A DNA stretch of 64,000 nt from Promethearchaeota archaeon (GTDB lineage Archaea; Asgardarchaeota; Lokiarchaeia; Sigyniarchaeales; SOKP01): positions 224,001 to 288,000 of the forward strand of contig JAEOTA010000004.1 of assembly GCA_016840085.1 (NCBI GenBank). Direction: 5' to 3'. The notes under the pieces are model-generated. The model was not told the origin of the DNA, searched no databases, and saw only the letters and a list, made by a program, of their open reading frames with translations. Shown here piece by piece: positions 20,975-32,191 of the stretch (position 1 is the stretch's first letter; every line of letters begins with the position of its first letter). Made by a program: the position numbers and the translations under genes.

Positions 20975-22184
20975 ATGAAAAGAATTGTGATTGATCACGA
21001 AACTCTCAGTGAAAAAGATATTGAGTTTAAAAAAGAAATTGTGAACTGATTGCTTCAGAAGTTGCCCTTAAAACGCAAGATATGGAAGATGGTAAAATAA
21101 ATGTTTGGGATGTTTTGGAACCTTTAGGAAAAAAGGGTTTACTTGGATTAACGTATCCTAAAGAATTGGGAGGTAGGGGTGGTTCTTATTTCCAAGATAT
21201 GTTGCTATCAGAGGCATTATCATATGAGAGTTTGGTTTATGATATGGTGCGGGGTTCATCCGTTTATCCCGCAGGTTTGATAAGATTCTTTAGAAAAGAA
21301 GAAACTCTCGGGAAATACATTAAACCTATAGTAACTGGCAAAAAAAAGGATGTTTTTGTTTTACCGAACCCGATGCAGGATCCGATCTTTCAAGGATGAA
21401 AACCCTTTATAGAAAGGACGAAGATGGTGATTTTATGCTTAACGGAGAAAAAAGATTTATAACTAACGGTAGTGTAGCCGATATAATGGTTGTTTACGGA
21501 CGAAACGGAGCATTTATTGTTGAATCCGATTTTACGGGGTTTGAAATGCTTGAAGAATACAAATTAATGGGACTTCATGGTCTAAACCTGGGGCATTTGA
21601 AGTTTACAGACGTCAATGTTCCCAAAGAAAACATCCTATTTTACAGGGAATTAAAACCTACAACCGAAGGATCTCAGAAAAAGAGAACGTCTGCAATTTC
21701 AAGTATGCAACAATTCCTTGGTCCAGAAAGGGTGGCTATGTCATTACAAGCCCTGGCAGTAGCTAAACGAGCAATCGAAATTGCAATAAAATATTCTCAG
21801 GAAAGGGTTCAGTTTAAAAAACCCATAAGTGAATTTGAAGGAATAAGTTTTAAAATTGCTGAAATGGTTGCCAACTACGAAGCAGGAAAGGCTTTATACC
21901 TTAGAGCATATAGAAAATCACAAAACTCCGCACTTGCTGCTACGTGCAAACTGTTTGTTGTCACAAATACACACAAGATTTGTGATGAAGCATTACAAAT
22001 TATGGGTGATATTGGTTACACAAACAAATATCCCGTAGAACGGTTACTGAGGGATATAAGGCTCCACCGAATAGGTGGTGGTACTGATGAGATTATGAAA
22101 TATATAATTCAAAAGGATATATATAAAGGATTTAATAGGCAATTTAGAGAGGATATAGAAGGAAAAGTGGATTTTTGGTTCTAG
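20975..22184 (+). pseudogene. Acyl-CoA dehydrogenase, doubly frameshifted
   Basis: Frameshift near 21045 and in the A8 run 21340-21347, which splits GCFCFTEPDAGSD from the upstream frame; LNGEKRFITNG, ERVQFKKPI, ERLLRD, GGTDEI. Confidence 0.85.
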
Positions 22185-22338
22185 TATTTTTTTTTTTAAT
22201 AGTTGATAAAAATTGTCCCAAATCCCTATTAATCTAATTTTAAACTACCAATTCTTTCTTATTTTTTTGAAAAAGATAATTTTTAAATCCAAAGAAAGAA
22301 TTTTTTAATATTAAACGAATTAAGGGTGATATTAATCA

Positions 22339-22737
22339 ATGTTCGGTGAGATCCATCATATTGGATTTGTAAATGAAAATGTTGAAGAAGCAGTTAAAAA
22401 ATTCAAGAGTCTTTTTGGTATAGAAAAGTTTATTTGGGTTGAAATGGGTGTAGTAAAAGTAGCAAGATCCATGATTGGAAAGCTACAGATAGATTTGATT
22501 GAGCCTCAAGATAGTGAGTCAATATTTCATACATTTTTAGAGAAAGAAAATGTTGGTCTTCATCATATAGGATATCTAGTTGAAAATATTGATGAGAAAA
22601 TTAAAGAATGGGATTCAAAAGGTTTGAAACAAGTTCTAGGAGGTATAATTTCTACGGCAAAATTTGTTTACTTTGATACTACGGACATCCTCGGTCATAT
22701 TATAGAGTTTTTGCATCTAAACTATAAGGAACCATAA
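22339..22737 (+). CDS. VOC-family protein (methylmalonyl-CoA epimerase/glyoxalase-like)
   Basis: IHHIGFV, LIEP, GLHHIGYLVENID, YFDT....G..IE. Confidence 0.85.
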   Translation: MFGEIHHIGFVNENVEEAVKKFKSLFGIEKFIWVEMGVVKVARSMIGKLQIDLIEPQDSESIFHTFLEKENVGLHHIGYLVENIDEKIKEWDSKGLKQVLGGIISTAKFVYFDTTDILGHIIEFLHLNYKEP

Positions 22738-23456
22738 GATAAACCATCTTGTCATGACAGAAGTATTTAAAGGAAAAGAGAACATATTTCCGTTTCCTTC
22801 TTGAATTGCTGCCTTTTAAAATAAGAAAAACTACTAATAAAAAGGAAATTTTTTTAGTTACTAATTCAATTAGAATCGAAGGCGTTATATTTTAACAATA
22901 AAAACGAATATTACCGAAATGTTTGGAATTAAAAAGATCATTTGTCGGCTTTATAAAATCCATAAGTTGTATTATATTTTTATCATTGTTTTTATTATAT
23001 TTCTTCAATTTTTAAAATTTAAGATAATTTGAGATAGAGGCTATTTGAGAAAGTATTAATATAAATCTTAAATAAAACAATTTTGTCGGACACTTCGCTA
23101 CTGTAAGATATATGAAAGTTTACCCTAAAAAACCTTTATAAATTTAACCAGTATGGTCTTTCGGTACGTATTATAGATTATAAAACATAAATCTAAATAT
23201 ACAAATTTGTATTATTTTTCCAGCTATTAGAAAACCTATACTCTGTAGTAATTTATTTGTATAAAATTAGGTATAAGAATTATGTCAAAAGCAGTTTCAT
23301 ATTACGATTGGGAATTATCATTTAAATCAAAAAATAAACCCAAATTAAATGAGACTAAGGAAGAAATAAATTCACTTGGTATTTCTGATTTTAAATTTAA
23401 GAACTTCTTAAAAAAATGGAAAAATAAAAATATGGAATAAAAAATCTTTTTTTAAT

Positions 23457-25142
23457 TTATACTTCTTCTCCACGTCTTCTGGCTTCTATCTCCTTCAAAT
23501 CTTTACGAAGAACTTTTCCTACTAATGTTTCAGGTAATTCTTTTCTAAATTCAATAAATTTAGGTACTTTATATGGCGCTACATTTTTTCTACAGAATTC
23601 CTTGATTTCAGCTTTCATTTCTTCTGTTTCTTTATAGCCATCTTTCAATACAACATAGGCTTTAACTTTTTCACTTCCTGGAAGTTCAGGATCAGGGATA
23701 CCAATGATAGCTACATTTTCAATAACTTCATTTTCAAATAATACATCCTCCACTTCTCTAGGATACACTTTAAATCCGCTAACATTTATCATGTCTTTCT
23801 TTCTGTCTACGATGTAAAAGTATCCATCCTCATCCATTTTTCCGATATCTCCAGTTAATAACCATCCATCTTTTAATTGATAAGCACTAGCATCTGGCTT
23901 ATTCCAATATCCTTTCATAACCTGAGGACCTTGTATTATAATTTCTCCTTCTTTTCCGAGAGGTAGAATTTTAGTATAGTCATCAATATCTACAATTCTA
24001 ACTATTGTATCAGGAATTGGCATTCCAACAGAACCGATTTTTCTTTGACCGTTAAATGGATTGCTATTTGTTACTGGTGAGGTTTCTGTCAACCCATATC
24101 CTTCGAGTATTTTACCCCCAGTTCTTTCTTCAAAATCTTTCTGAACTTCTGGTGGCATTGGAGCAGCTCCTGTGTTACAAATTCTAATAGATCTTAAATC
24201 TTTAGCATAATCTTCAAGGTCATCTCTTTCTAATAAGCGCATATACATTGTTGGTACTCCTGGAAACATTGTAGGATGAGTAGCCTTTATTACTTCAAAT
24301 AGAGATTTTTGATCTCGAGGATCAGGGTTTAAAGCTAGTGTTGATCCCATATAAATATGTATATTCATACATACAGTTTGACCATAAATATGAAATAATG
24401 GTAGATTTGTAAGGATCGTTTCTTTTCCTCTCCTAAATTCTTGACCCGCCCATGTTACTACAGCCACGCAATTTGACACAATATTATGGTGAGTAAGCAT
24501 TGCTCCTTTAGGTAATCCCGTAGTACCTCCAGTATATTGAAGGCAAACTATATCTTCTTTTGGATTCGTTTCAAATGTAGGTGGATTAGGCTTTGTATTA
24601 TTAATTAAATTTAGAAATTGCATAGTTCCCGAGATTTCTGGTGGGTTTCTTGGAGCCATAGGTGAATAATCTAACACATTTGTAATAATTACATGTCTAA
24701 GGCGTGTTCTTTCTTTTATTTTATTTATTTTTTCTACTTGATTATCCGATGCTATAATAATTTCAGCTCCAGCATCATTTAACTGGTAAGCGAGCTCATG
24801 TTCGGTGTGTAGAACAGAACAAGCAGTAACGATTCCCCCTGCTTTCAAGATCCCATAATAGGCCATTGCAAATTGAGGAAAATTTGGTATCATGATTGCT
24901 ACAACATCTCCTCTTTTTAAACCTAAATTGACCAAAGCTGTAGCTAATCTGTCAGCTATATCTTTTAACTTCTTATAAGATATTTTATTTTTCAAAAACC
25001 AAATAGCAGTTCGACCACCAAAATCTTTTGCTGAATTATCAAGAAATTCATATACATTTATTTCAGGATAATCAATAGTGGCAGGGACGCCCTCATCATA
25101 ATTTTTTACCCATGGTTTATCTGAATAAGGGTCTTCACTCAT
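23457..25142 (-). CDS. fadD: Long-chain fatty acid--CoA ligase
   Basis: QYTGGTTGLPKG, EGYGLTETSP, TGDIG, DRKKDMI, GKVLR. Confidence 0.95.
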   Translation of the reverse strand: MSEDPYSDKPWVKNYDEGVPATIDYPEINVYEFLDNSAKDFGGRTAIWFLKNKISYKKLKDIADRLATALVNLGLKRGDVVAIMIPNFPQFAMAYYGILKAGGIVTACSVLHTEHELAYQLNDAGAEIIIASDNQVEKINKIKERTRLRHVIITNVLDYSPMAPRNPPEISGTMQFLNLINNTKPNPPTFETNPKEDIVCLQYTGGTTGLPKGAMLTHHNIVSNCVAVVTWAGQEFRRGKETILTNLPLFHIYGQTVCMNIHIYMGSTLALNPDPRDQKSLFEVIKATHPTMFPGVPTMYMRLLERDDLEDYAKDLRSIRICNTGAAPMPPEVQKDFEERTGGKILEGYGLTETSPVTNSNPFNGQRKIGSVGMPIPDTIVRIVDIDDYTKILPLGKEGEIIIQGPQVMKGYWNKPDASAYQLKDGWLLTGDIGKMDEDGYFYIVDRKKDMINVSGFKVYPREVEDVLFENEVIENVAIIGIPDPELPGSEKVKAYVVLKDGYKETEEMKAEIKEFCRKNVAPYKVPKFIEFRKELPETLVGKVLRKDLKEIEARRRGEEV

Positions 25143-25488
25143 TTTAATATCACATTTCTTCTAATTTTTTCTTTTTTTTTATTTTTTGAAAATGTTTGAT
25201 CTAATAATGTTGACTTAATATTATATTTAAAGAAAGTTAATTACTATTAAAACTATTCCTACATAAGAGACTAAAATTTAATAATAATTACATAATTAAT
25301 GGTGTAAAAACATTCAAAATTGCTGAAATTAGAAAATTCCCTTCACTATTCACAATTATTAAGGCAATCCTCTATTAAAATTATAACAATCTGATTAAAA
25401 ATCAAAATGAAAAAAAGTGTGAGTTAATAAAATGGTTGATATTGAACGATTGTTAAAACAAGCGGGATTTGATGATGTGTTAATAATA

Positions 25489-26925
25489 TTAATGGTTTTC
25501 CTCAGTAAGAGAATCTAACGCATTAATAGCAGATTCACATACATAATCACACTTATCATGAATTAGATCATTTAAACCGGAAATAACTTCCTCCGTATTA
25601 ACGCCTAATAACCCTAATGCTTCAGATGATCTCCATCTAACATCAGGATTTTCATCTTTTAAGGCAGTTATTAATGATGGAATAGCTATCTTTGCTGTTG
25701 ATCCTAATTTACCTAAAGAAAGTGCTGCTTCATGTCGAACAACATTTTTTGGATCATTTAAAGCTTTCCTAAGAGCATAAACAGCATCTTCAGAATTAAT
25801 TCCAATTTTTCCTAATGCTCTTGCTGTTTCTACTCTAACAGAACTTTTTCTTGATAATGGATCCTTAAAAAATGTTAAAAGTGATCTTTTAATCTTATTA
25901 ATAAATGTAGGGATATATTCTACTTCTTGTTCGTGTATTCTTAAAATTTCAATTAAGACAGGTATGGCTTCTATAGCATCAACCCCAATACCTCCTAAGG
26001 CAGAAATTATAATGTTCTTCATTTTTACACCAGATGTTTCAAATGAATTAATTAACGTAGGAACTGCTTCTTTTCCAATACTTCTTAATGCATCAGCAGC
26101 TTTTCCGCGAACAGCTTCTTTTTTATCATTTAGCAAATATCCAATTTTTTCAATAATTTTAGGATCACTTATTTTCATTTCACCTAAAGTATCAAGAGCT
26201 CCCTTTCTCACTATCTCATTTTTATGATTTAATACATTTAAAAGACTTGGGACTGATTCTTCTCCTACGTCTGCTAATGTATTAATAACTCTATTACGAA
26301 CTCTCCAATCACTATCCTCAAGAGCATTAATTAAACTAGGTAGTGCTTTTATCGAACCTCTTCCAATATTACTGATTGATCGGGCTGATGCAGTTCTTAC
26401 AGTCCAACTAACATCCTTAAGGCTGATCATTAACTTAGGAATCGCTTCATACGCATCAGTTCCCAATTCTCCAAGCGCTATAGCAACCTTAGTTCGAACA
26501 TTTTCACTTTTATCTTGTAATGCTTTAATCAAATTGTTAATTGAATCTTGAGTAGGGATTCCTATTTTTCCGAGAGCAATTGCAGCTTCTTCTCGAATTG
26601 AATCCTCATTATCTTCTAATGACTTGGATAATTGAGGTATAGACTCCTTCGCTATTTCTCCTATTTTTCCCAATGCACGAGCAGCTTCACGACGAATACT
26701 CCAATCATTATCTTCTAAACAATTTATTAATTTTGAGATAGAATTTACGGACTTTTTACCCAATTCGCCTAAAACGTGGATAGAATTGAACTTAACAGAC
26801 CTAATATCACTATTTATATGCCCTATTATTTGATCAATAATTGATAGATCTTTTTCTACCCGTGATAACACTAAATCTATTCTTGCATCTCTCAACAATT
26901 TTTCTAAGGAAGCAGACAAATCCAA
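25489..26925 (-). CDS. HEAT-repeat (PBS lyase-like) protein
   Basis: Many ~33-aa repeats of type L.D....VR..AA.ALG.IG. Confidence 0.9.
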   Translation of the reverse strand: MDLSASLEKLLRDARIDLVLSRVEKDLSIIDQIIGHINSDIRSVKFNSIHVLGELGKKSVNSISKLINCLEDNDWSIRREAARALGKIGEIAKESIPQLSKSLEDNEDSIREEAAIALGKIGIPTQDSINNLIKALQDKSENVRTKVAIALGELGTDAYEAIPKLMISLKDVSWTVRTASARSISNIGRGSIKALPSLINALEDSDWRVRNRVINTLADVGEESVPSLLNVLNHKNEIVRKGALDTLGEMKISDPKIIEKIGYLLNDKKEAVRGKAADALRSIGKEAVPTLINSFETSGVKMKNIIISALGGIGVDAIEAIPVLIEILRIHEQEVEYIPTFINKIKRSLLTFFKDPLSRKSSVRVETARALGKIGINSEDAVYALRKALNDPKNVVRHEAALSLGKLGSTAKIAIPSLITALKDENPDVRWRSSEALGLLGVNTEEVISGLNDLIHDKCDYVCESAINALDSLTEENH

Positions 26926-26930
26926 TCACC

Positions 26931-27644
26931 TTATATACCTAAATATACCTCTTTTATTCGAGGTTCTCTCTTTAATTCTTCTTTTGATCCTCTCATTTCA
27001 ATTTTTCCCTCTTCAAGAACATGAATATACTCAGCAACCTCCATTGCTAAAATCGCATCCTGTTCAACTAACAAAGTAGTTGTACCTTCTTGCTTTATTT
27101 TTTCAATTGCTTTAAAAATATCTTTCTTGACTTTAGGAGCCAAACCTAACGAGGGTTCATCCATTAAAAGTAGTTTTGGATTGGACATTAATGAACGTGC
27201 TATTGCTAGCATTTGTTGCTCTCCACCGCTTAAAGTTCCAGCTCGTTGTTTTTCTCGTTCTTTAAGACGAGGGAATATTTCAAAAATAAAATCTAATAAT
27301 TCATGGAATTTTTTCTTATCTTTTAATGTGTATGCTCCCAATCTAAGATTCTCCATAACTGTCATATCATAAAACAACTTACGACGTTCTGGACAATGAG
27401 AAATTCCTTTTTTTGCAATTCTATGAGGTTTTAACTCATCAATCCTTTCCCCTAGAAACTCGATTTTTCCTCTATCAGGTTCTTCTAAACCTGATATTAC
27501 TCTGAGAAGCGTAGATTTTCCAGCTCCATTAGGACCAATAACAGCATCTAAAGCTTTTTCTTCGATTTTTAAATTAATTTCTTCAAGAGCTTTAGCTTTC
27601 CCATAATAATGGTATACTTTTTTTATTTCAAGCAAATTCGTCAC
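26931..27644 (-). CDS. livF: Branched-chain amino acid-type ABC ATPase
   Basis: GPNGAGKST, AGTLSGGEQQMLAIAR, DEPSLGLAP, LLVEQ. Confidence 0.93.
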   Translation of the reverse strand: MTNLLEIKKVYHYYGKAKALEEINLKIEEKALDAVIGPNGAGKSTLLRVISGLEEPDRGKIEFLGERIDELKPHRIAKKGISHCPERRKLFYDMTVMENLRLGAYTLKDKKKFHELLDFIFEIFPRLKEREKQRAGTLSGGEQQMLAIARSLMSNPKLLLMDEPSLGLAPKVKKDIFKAIEKIKQEGTTTLLVEQDAILAMEVAEYIHVLEEGKIEMRGSKEELKREPRIKEVYLGI

Positions 27645-28368
27645 CTCTACCTAAATATGCTTCAAGCACAATTTTATTATTAGCAACTTCACGAGGAGGG
27701 CCATCGGCAATTAATTTCCCTTGATGCATTGCAAGCACACGCGGTACTAGATTCATTAATTCACGTAATACATGACCAGTAATAAAAATTGTTACGCCAT
27801 CCTCATATAATTCTATTATTAAATCATTAATGACCTTTTGTTCTTCATGAGAAAGTCCACTAAATGGCTCATCAAGCAAAAGTAATTGTGGGTTACTAGC
27901 GATTGCTTTACCAATTTGTAACTTTCTCAGATCGCCATGAGGTAGAATAACCGGAGGAATTCTCGCTTTATCTACAAGTCCAACTGATGCTAGAATTGAA
28001 CTAGCATACTCATCAGTTCCAATCTCTTTCGAACTCTTTCTACCTCTTTTTGAAAGGCTTGGAACAATAATATTATCAAGTAAATTTAAAAATTTAAATG
28101 ATCTAACTAATTGAAATGTTCGAGCAATCCCTAGATTCACTATTTTATAAGGGCGCATTCTAGTAATATCAATTCCGTCAAAATAAATTGTACCTGAATT
28201 AGTTTTCTCGAATCCTGATATTAAATTAAATACAGTAGTTTTACCTGCTCCATTTGGTCCAATCAAGCCAATAAACTCTCCTCGCTTGATTTCAAAACTG
28301 AAATCATTTACAGCTGTTAAACCACCAAATTTTTTTGTTAAATTTTTAACCTCTAGAATAATTCCCAT
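27628..28368 (-). CDS. livG: Branched-chain amino acid-type ABC ATPase
   Basis: FGGLTAV, GPNGAGKTT, GIARTFQ, LPHG, DEP, EAYLG. Confidence 0.93.
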   Translation of the reverse strand: MGIILEVKNLTKKFGGLTAVNDFSFEIKRGEFIGLIGPNGAGKTTVFNLISGFEKTNSGTIYFDGIDITRMRPYKIVNLGIARTFQLVRSFKFLNLLDNIIVPSLSKRGRKSSKEIGTDEYASSILASVGLVDKARIPPVILPHGDLRKLQIGKAIASNPQLLLLDEPFSGLSHEEQKVINDLIIELYEDGVTIFITGHVLRELMNLVPRVLAMHQGKLIADGPPREVANNKIVLEAYLGRGDEFA

Positions 28369-28409
28369 TATTAATCACATTTAAATTTTTATTCCATTTA
28401 ACCTATATC

Positions 28410-29462
28410 TTATCTACCCATTAAGACATCCCAGAAATCTTTCAGATGTTCTAAAATAGGTCTTAAAATCCCATGTTCAGCAAATCTAACAACAGTAATT
28501 AAAATTATGGCGAATATTGCAAATTTCCATAAGCCAACATCAAATGCAAAGGCGCCAATCTCAACCACACCAATCTCTATTAGAATATATTCAAAAAAAA
28601 TGAAGAAGAATGATCCTAATGCAGCCCCAATAATAGTAGTTAATCCTCCTAAAGATGCCATAAGAATAGCAAAAAATGAAATGACAAGTCCAAAATTTCC
28701 TGAGGGGTTTACTGAAGTAGTAGATAGGGCATAATAAGCTCCTGCTAATCCAGCAATTAACGCACTTATCATAAAAGCATAAATTTTATATCGTGTTGTA
28801 TTGATTCCTGAAGCATCTGCTCCCGTTTCATCATCACGAATAGATTTAAAAATGGTTCCTAATTTAGATTTACTAATTTGAATTAAAACTATAAAAATAA
28901 CTATTGCTGATATGAATACAATTAGATATTCTACTATAGGATTTTCAGATAAGGATGGTAAACCCGAAATTCCTTCAGAACCAAAAAATATATGTGAAAG
29001 CGATCCTAATAAAAAGAGTTTTAATAAAATTAAGCTGAATACGAGAGTTCCTAGTGCTAGATATGGACCTTTTAATCTTAAGCATGGAATCCCAATTAGT
29101 AATCCAAAAAATACTGCTCCTAAAGAACCAAGAATAATTGATAACCAAATAGGAAAATTTTGATAATCAATTAGGTAAGCGCAAAGATAACCAGATATTC
29201 CAAAGAAAATTGCATGTCCAAAACTAATTTGTCCTGAAATCCCTGTAAGTAAATCCCAACTTGCTGCGAAAATTGCAAATATCAATGCTAATGTAAAATG
29301 GGGTAAGAAGAAATTTATGAAACTCTGATCAGTAGATAGGAATGGTAGAACAGTAAGAATAGCTAAACAAACTACAGTTAATCCTCCAGAAAAAGTCGTT
29401 ACCCAAGATTTTAAATAACCTGGTAAATCACGCATCTTTTCTTTTATTTTATACCTTGTCAT
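28410..29462 (-). CDS. livM: Branched-chain amino acid-type ABC permease
   Basis: GQISFGHAIFFG, LRLKGPYLALGTL, IRDDE..A...GIN. Confidence 0.9.
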   Translation of the reverse strand: MTRYKIKEKMRDLPGYLKSWVTTFSGGLTVVCLAILTVLPFLSTDQSFINFFLPHFTLALIFAIFAASWDLLTGISGQISFGHAIFFGISGYLCAYLIDYQNFPIWLSIILGSLGAVFFGLLIGIPCLRLKGPYLALGTLVFSLILLKLFLLGSLSHIFFGSEGISGLPSLSENPIVEYLIVFISAIVIFIVLIQISKSKLGTIFKSIRDDETGADASGINTTRYKIYAFMISALIAGLAGAYYALSTTSVNPSGNFGLVISFFAILMASLGGLTTIIGAALGSFFFIFFEYILIEIGVVEIGAFAFDVGLWKFAIFAIILITVVRFAEHGILRPILEHLKDFWDVLMGR

Positions 29463-29502
29463 TTTTCTATTATCTCCTCATAAGGTTTTAATTTATTAAT
29501 TA

Positions 29503-30384
29503 TCACCTAAGTTCTTTCTTTCCAAATAATCCTTGAGGTCTAATTACCAACATGATAATAATAACTATAATGGGGATTAAATGAGCCCAAGAAGGGCCAT
29601 TAGGAATGTAAATACTTGTGAAGCTAGTTACAAATCCTACTATATAGGCTCCAATAACGCTTCCAACTAGACTTCCCATCCCTCCTAAAATCACTACTGC
29701 AAATGAATTTGTTAAAAATTCCCAACCCATTGTAGGGCCATTAATAGCAGCCGCAGGTATATATAAAACTGCAGCTATACTTGCAAGGAATGCGGAGATT
29801 ATAACAGTATAAAGTAGAATTCTATTGGCATTAATACCCATAAGTGTTGCAGCTTCTCTATCTTGGGAAACTGCTCTAATTGATTTACCTATTTTTGACT
29901 TATTAATGAATAGAGCAAATAATGATACAATAATTAATGACATGATAATGACGAATAGGAATTGATTAATCATTGAGTATCCAAATATTTCTGAAGTTCC
30001 AGAAATTAGAATATAATCATTAACTGCATAAGATTCAGTACCTGAAATTATCAAAGCCAACTGCTCAAGGAAGAAGGCTAATCCAAAAGTGATTAAAACA
30101 ACACCAACATGAGTATCTTGTAAGGGTTTGATTAATATTAAATAAGTAAGACCTCCAAGTATAGTGACAATAATTAAAGCAATAATTACATTAAATAATA
30201 AATAATCAGGCCAAAAATCAAGAAACCATAAAAGCAAATATCCAGTTAACATGAAATAAGCCCCATGAGACAAATTCATAATTTTTCCTACCCCATACAC
30301 TAAGGAATAACCAAGAGCTATCAACGAAAAAACAGCTCCATTTAAAGTGCCATTGAATAAAAAATTAAGAATATCTCCATTCAT
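29503..30384 (-). CDS. livH: Branched-chain amino acid-type ABC permease
   Basis: LIALGYSLVYG..IMNLSHG, GKSIRAVSQDREAA.LMGIN, VILGGMGS, RPQGLFG. Confidence 0.92.
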   Translation of the reverse strand: MNGDILNFLFNGTLNGAVFSLIALGYSLVYGVGKIMNLSHGAYFMLTGYLLLWFLDFWPDYLLFNVIIALIIVTILGGLTYLILIKPLQDTHVGVVLITFGLAFFLEQLALIISGTESYAVNDYILISGTSEIFGYSMINQFLFVIIMSLIIVSLFALFINKSKIGKSIRAVSQDREAATLMGINANRILLYTVIISAFLASIAAVLYIPAAAINGPTMGWEFLTNSFAVVILGGMGSLVGSVIGAYIVGFVTSFTSIYIPNGPSWAHLIPIIVIIIMLVIRPQGLFGKKELR

Positions 30385-30525
30385 AAATATCTTCTCATTC
30401 TAAATCATTTAATATTATTATTAATATTTTATCTCATATCTTATAAAGCTGATCTTTTTACATTTTTATAAAAAGAAAATACGAGTATAAATTGAGCTTA
30501 TCTTCATTTTTATCTTTTATATAAT

Positions 30526-30541
30526 AAAAAAAAAAAAAAAA
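30526..30541 (-). terminator. U-tract terminator downstream of the substrate-binding gene
   Basis: 16-nt A run (T run on the minus strand) about 30 nt after the stop at 30570. Confidence 0.5.
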
Positions 30542-30569
30542 TTATAAATTGAATTTATTAAACTGCCTT

Positions 30570-31961
30570 TTAAGACCATGCCTCATCGACCCATGGTGCA
30601 ACAAGATAATCAGCTGTGTGCAACCAAGGCGCGTATGGTGTATAAATAGCAGCTGGAACTACCTTCTTAGATCCATCAGGTTGCCATTGACACCATAATG
30701 TAAATCCATAAGGATAACCCGCGACAAGATCGTGAGAATTTGGCCACCATGCTGATTCTCCAGACACACCAATAGGACGTTCAGTATTATCTGTTGTCCA
30801 AGTCTCCATCTCAGCAATAATATCATCTGTGTCTAATGAATCAATTGCTTCAATAGCATTAGCAAGCGCATTTACAGCATCATAAGCCCCACATGCAATA
30901 TAAAGCGGTTCATGTTTAAATTGTGCGATAAACGCATCCCAAAATGCAATAGATTTCTCAGTTTTATTAGTTTTATGTAATGTTTGCATGATTGTCTCAT
31001 AAGCGCATGATTCTCCACTAGACTTCCAAAAAGTATCTAATTGGGACTGAACGTCAATACCAAAGATAAGGTAATCATATTCGTTAGCAGCATATTGTTG
31101 CATCATCAAAACTCCACCTTGAGCGGAAATGACTGGAATTAAAATATCACATCCATCCTCTTGAAATGAAGCTAAATGGGTATTCATGTCCGCAGCACTA
31201 AGAGTAATATCATATCTGATTGGGTCTAGAACTTTTGCTTTCATACCTGTAAAAACAGGTAAGTAATCTGCACAAGCAGCCACTAAAGTATCTACCCAGG
31301 TTAAATCTTCTGCTAGAATGCCAAATGTACTGATATCTTCATTAGGATAGGTAGCATTCATTGTTAAGATAAAACCTGCTAATGTTTGCAATATTTGCAT
31401 CCCTAGTGAACTTGAATTAATAGGCATAAATCTCCAGAAATATTTGTATGTATCATAATCGGTCATAACATTTGTACAGAAAATATCAGTAGCAGCACCA
31501 GTATCAATAAAGATAATTTCTTCATCCATGAACTCTTCCACATATGCTAATAATGCTTCCGATCTGAAACCACCTACTGCGAAATCAACTTCTTTATCGA
31601 ATATAAGTCTTCTTGCAGCATCAACTCCCCTAGAGGTTACAAGATTAGGATTAGATTCGTCTGTATCTTCTTTGGTAACACCAATGTAGTATTTTACTCC
31701 TCCAACATCAACACCACCAGCTTCATTTATGTGTTTTGCAGCAAACCATGCTCCTTCGTAATTAGCATCACCTTGAATTTCTCCTGTATCACCAGCACAT
31801 CCTATTATAATTGTATTTTCTTTATCAAAACCGCTTGGAGCTCCAGGGTATTTGAATGGTGCTTCAGGGACTGCAAGGAAATACCAAGCTCCCAAGCCGA
31901 TACCAACACCAATAACGGCGATAAGTACAATAGCTATAATTCTTTTTGTTAATTTTTCCAT
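30570..31961 (-). CDS. livK: ABC substrate-binding protein, LivK/type I PBP family
   Basis: N-terminal TM anchor; INEAGGV, GGFRSE, YDAV; heads the livHMGF genes. Confidence 0.85.
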   Translation of the reverse strand: MEKLTKRIIAIVLIAVIGVGIGLGAWYFLAVPEAPFKYPGAPSGFDKENTIIIGCAGDTGEIQGDANYEGAWFAAKHINEAGGVDVGGVKYYIGVTKEDTDESNPNLVTSRGVDAARRLIFDKEVDFAVGGFRSEALLAYVEEFMDEEIIFIDTGAATDIFCTNVMTDYDTYKYFWRFMPINSSSLGMQILQTLAGFILTMNATYPNEDISTFGILAEDLTWVDTLVAACADYLPVFTGMKAKVLDPIRYDITLSAADMNTHLASFQEDGCDILIPVISAQGGVLMMQQYAANEYDYLIFGIDVQSQLDTFWKSSGESCAYETIMQTLHKTNKTEKSIAFWDAFIAQFKHEPLYIACGAYDAVNALANAIEAIDSLDTDDIIAEMETWTTDNTERPIGVSGESAWWPNSHDLVAGYPYGFTLWCQWQPDGSKKVVPAAIYTPYAPWLHTADYLVAPWVDEAWS

Positions 31962-32191
31962 TTTTTAGATCACTTTTTTATTTTTTTTTTAGTTTTTAGG
32001 ATTAAATTTAAATTGATCACTTACTAGTTCATTTTAGCATATATTTAAAGTTTTCAACTTTCTTTATTTATAAAATGCATATTGAAGTAAAATTATTTAA
32101 AAAATTATTAAGAATAAAAAAAAATCTTAACAGGAAAATCAAAATCCAGTAAATTTCTAAAAATCAATTAAAAATAACAAATCTTCTTAGG

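Noticed and set aside
21047-21049. TGA in the acyl-CoA dehydrogenase 5' region as selenocysteine or readthrough
   Set aside because: The downstream coding sequence is in a different frame, so this is a frameshift.
10082-23093. 13-mer TTTTGTCGGACAC at 10082 and 23081
   Set aside because: One such match is roughly expected by chance in 64 kb; no flanking similarity and no transposase.
22738-23456. Long intergenic region with palindromes TGTCATGACA (22750) and ATACAAATTTGTAT (23199)
   Set aside because: Isolated, between convergent genes, and not seen repeated in the window.
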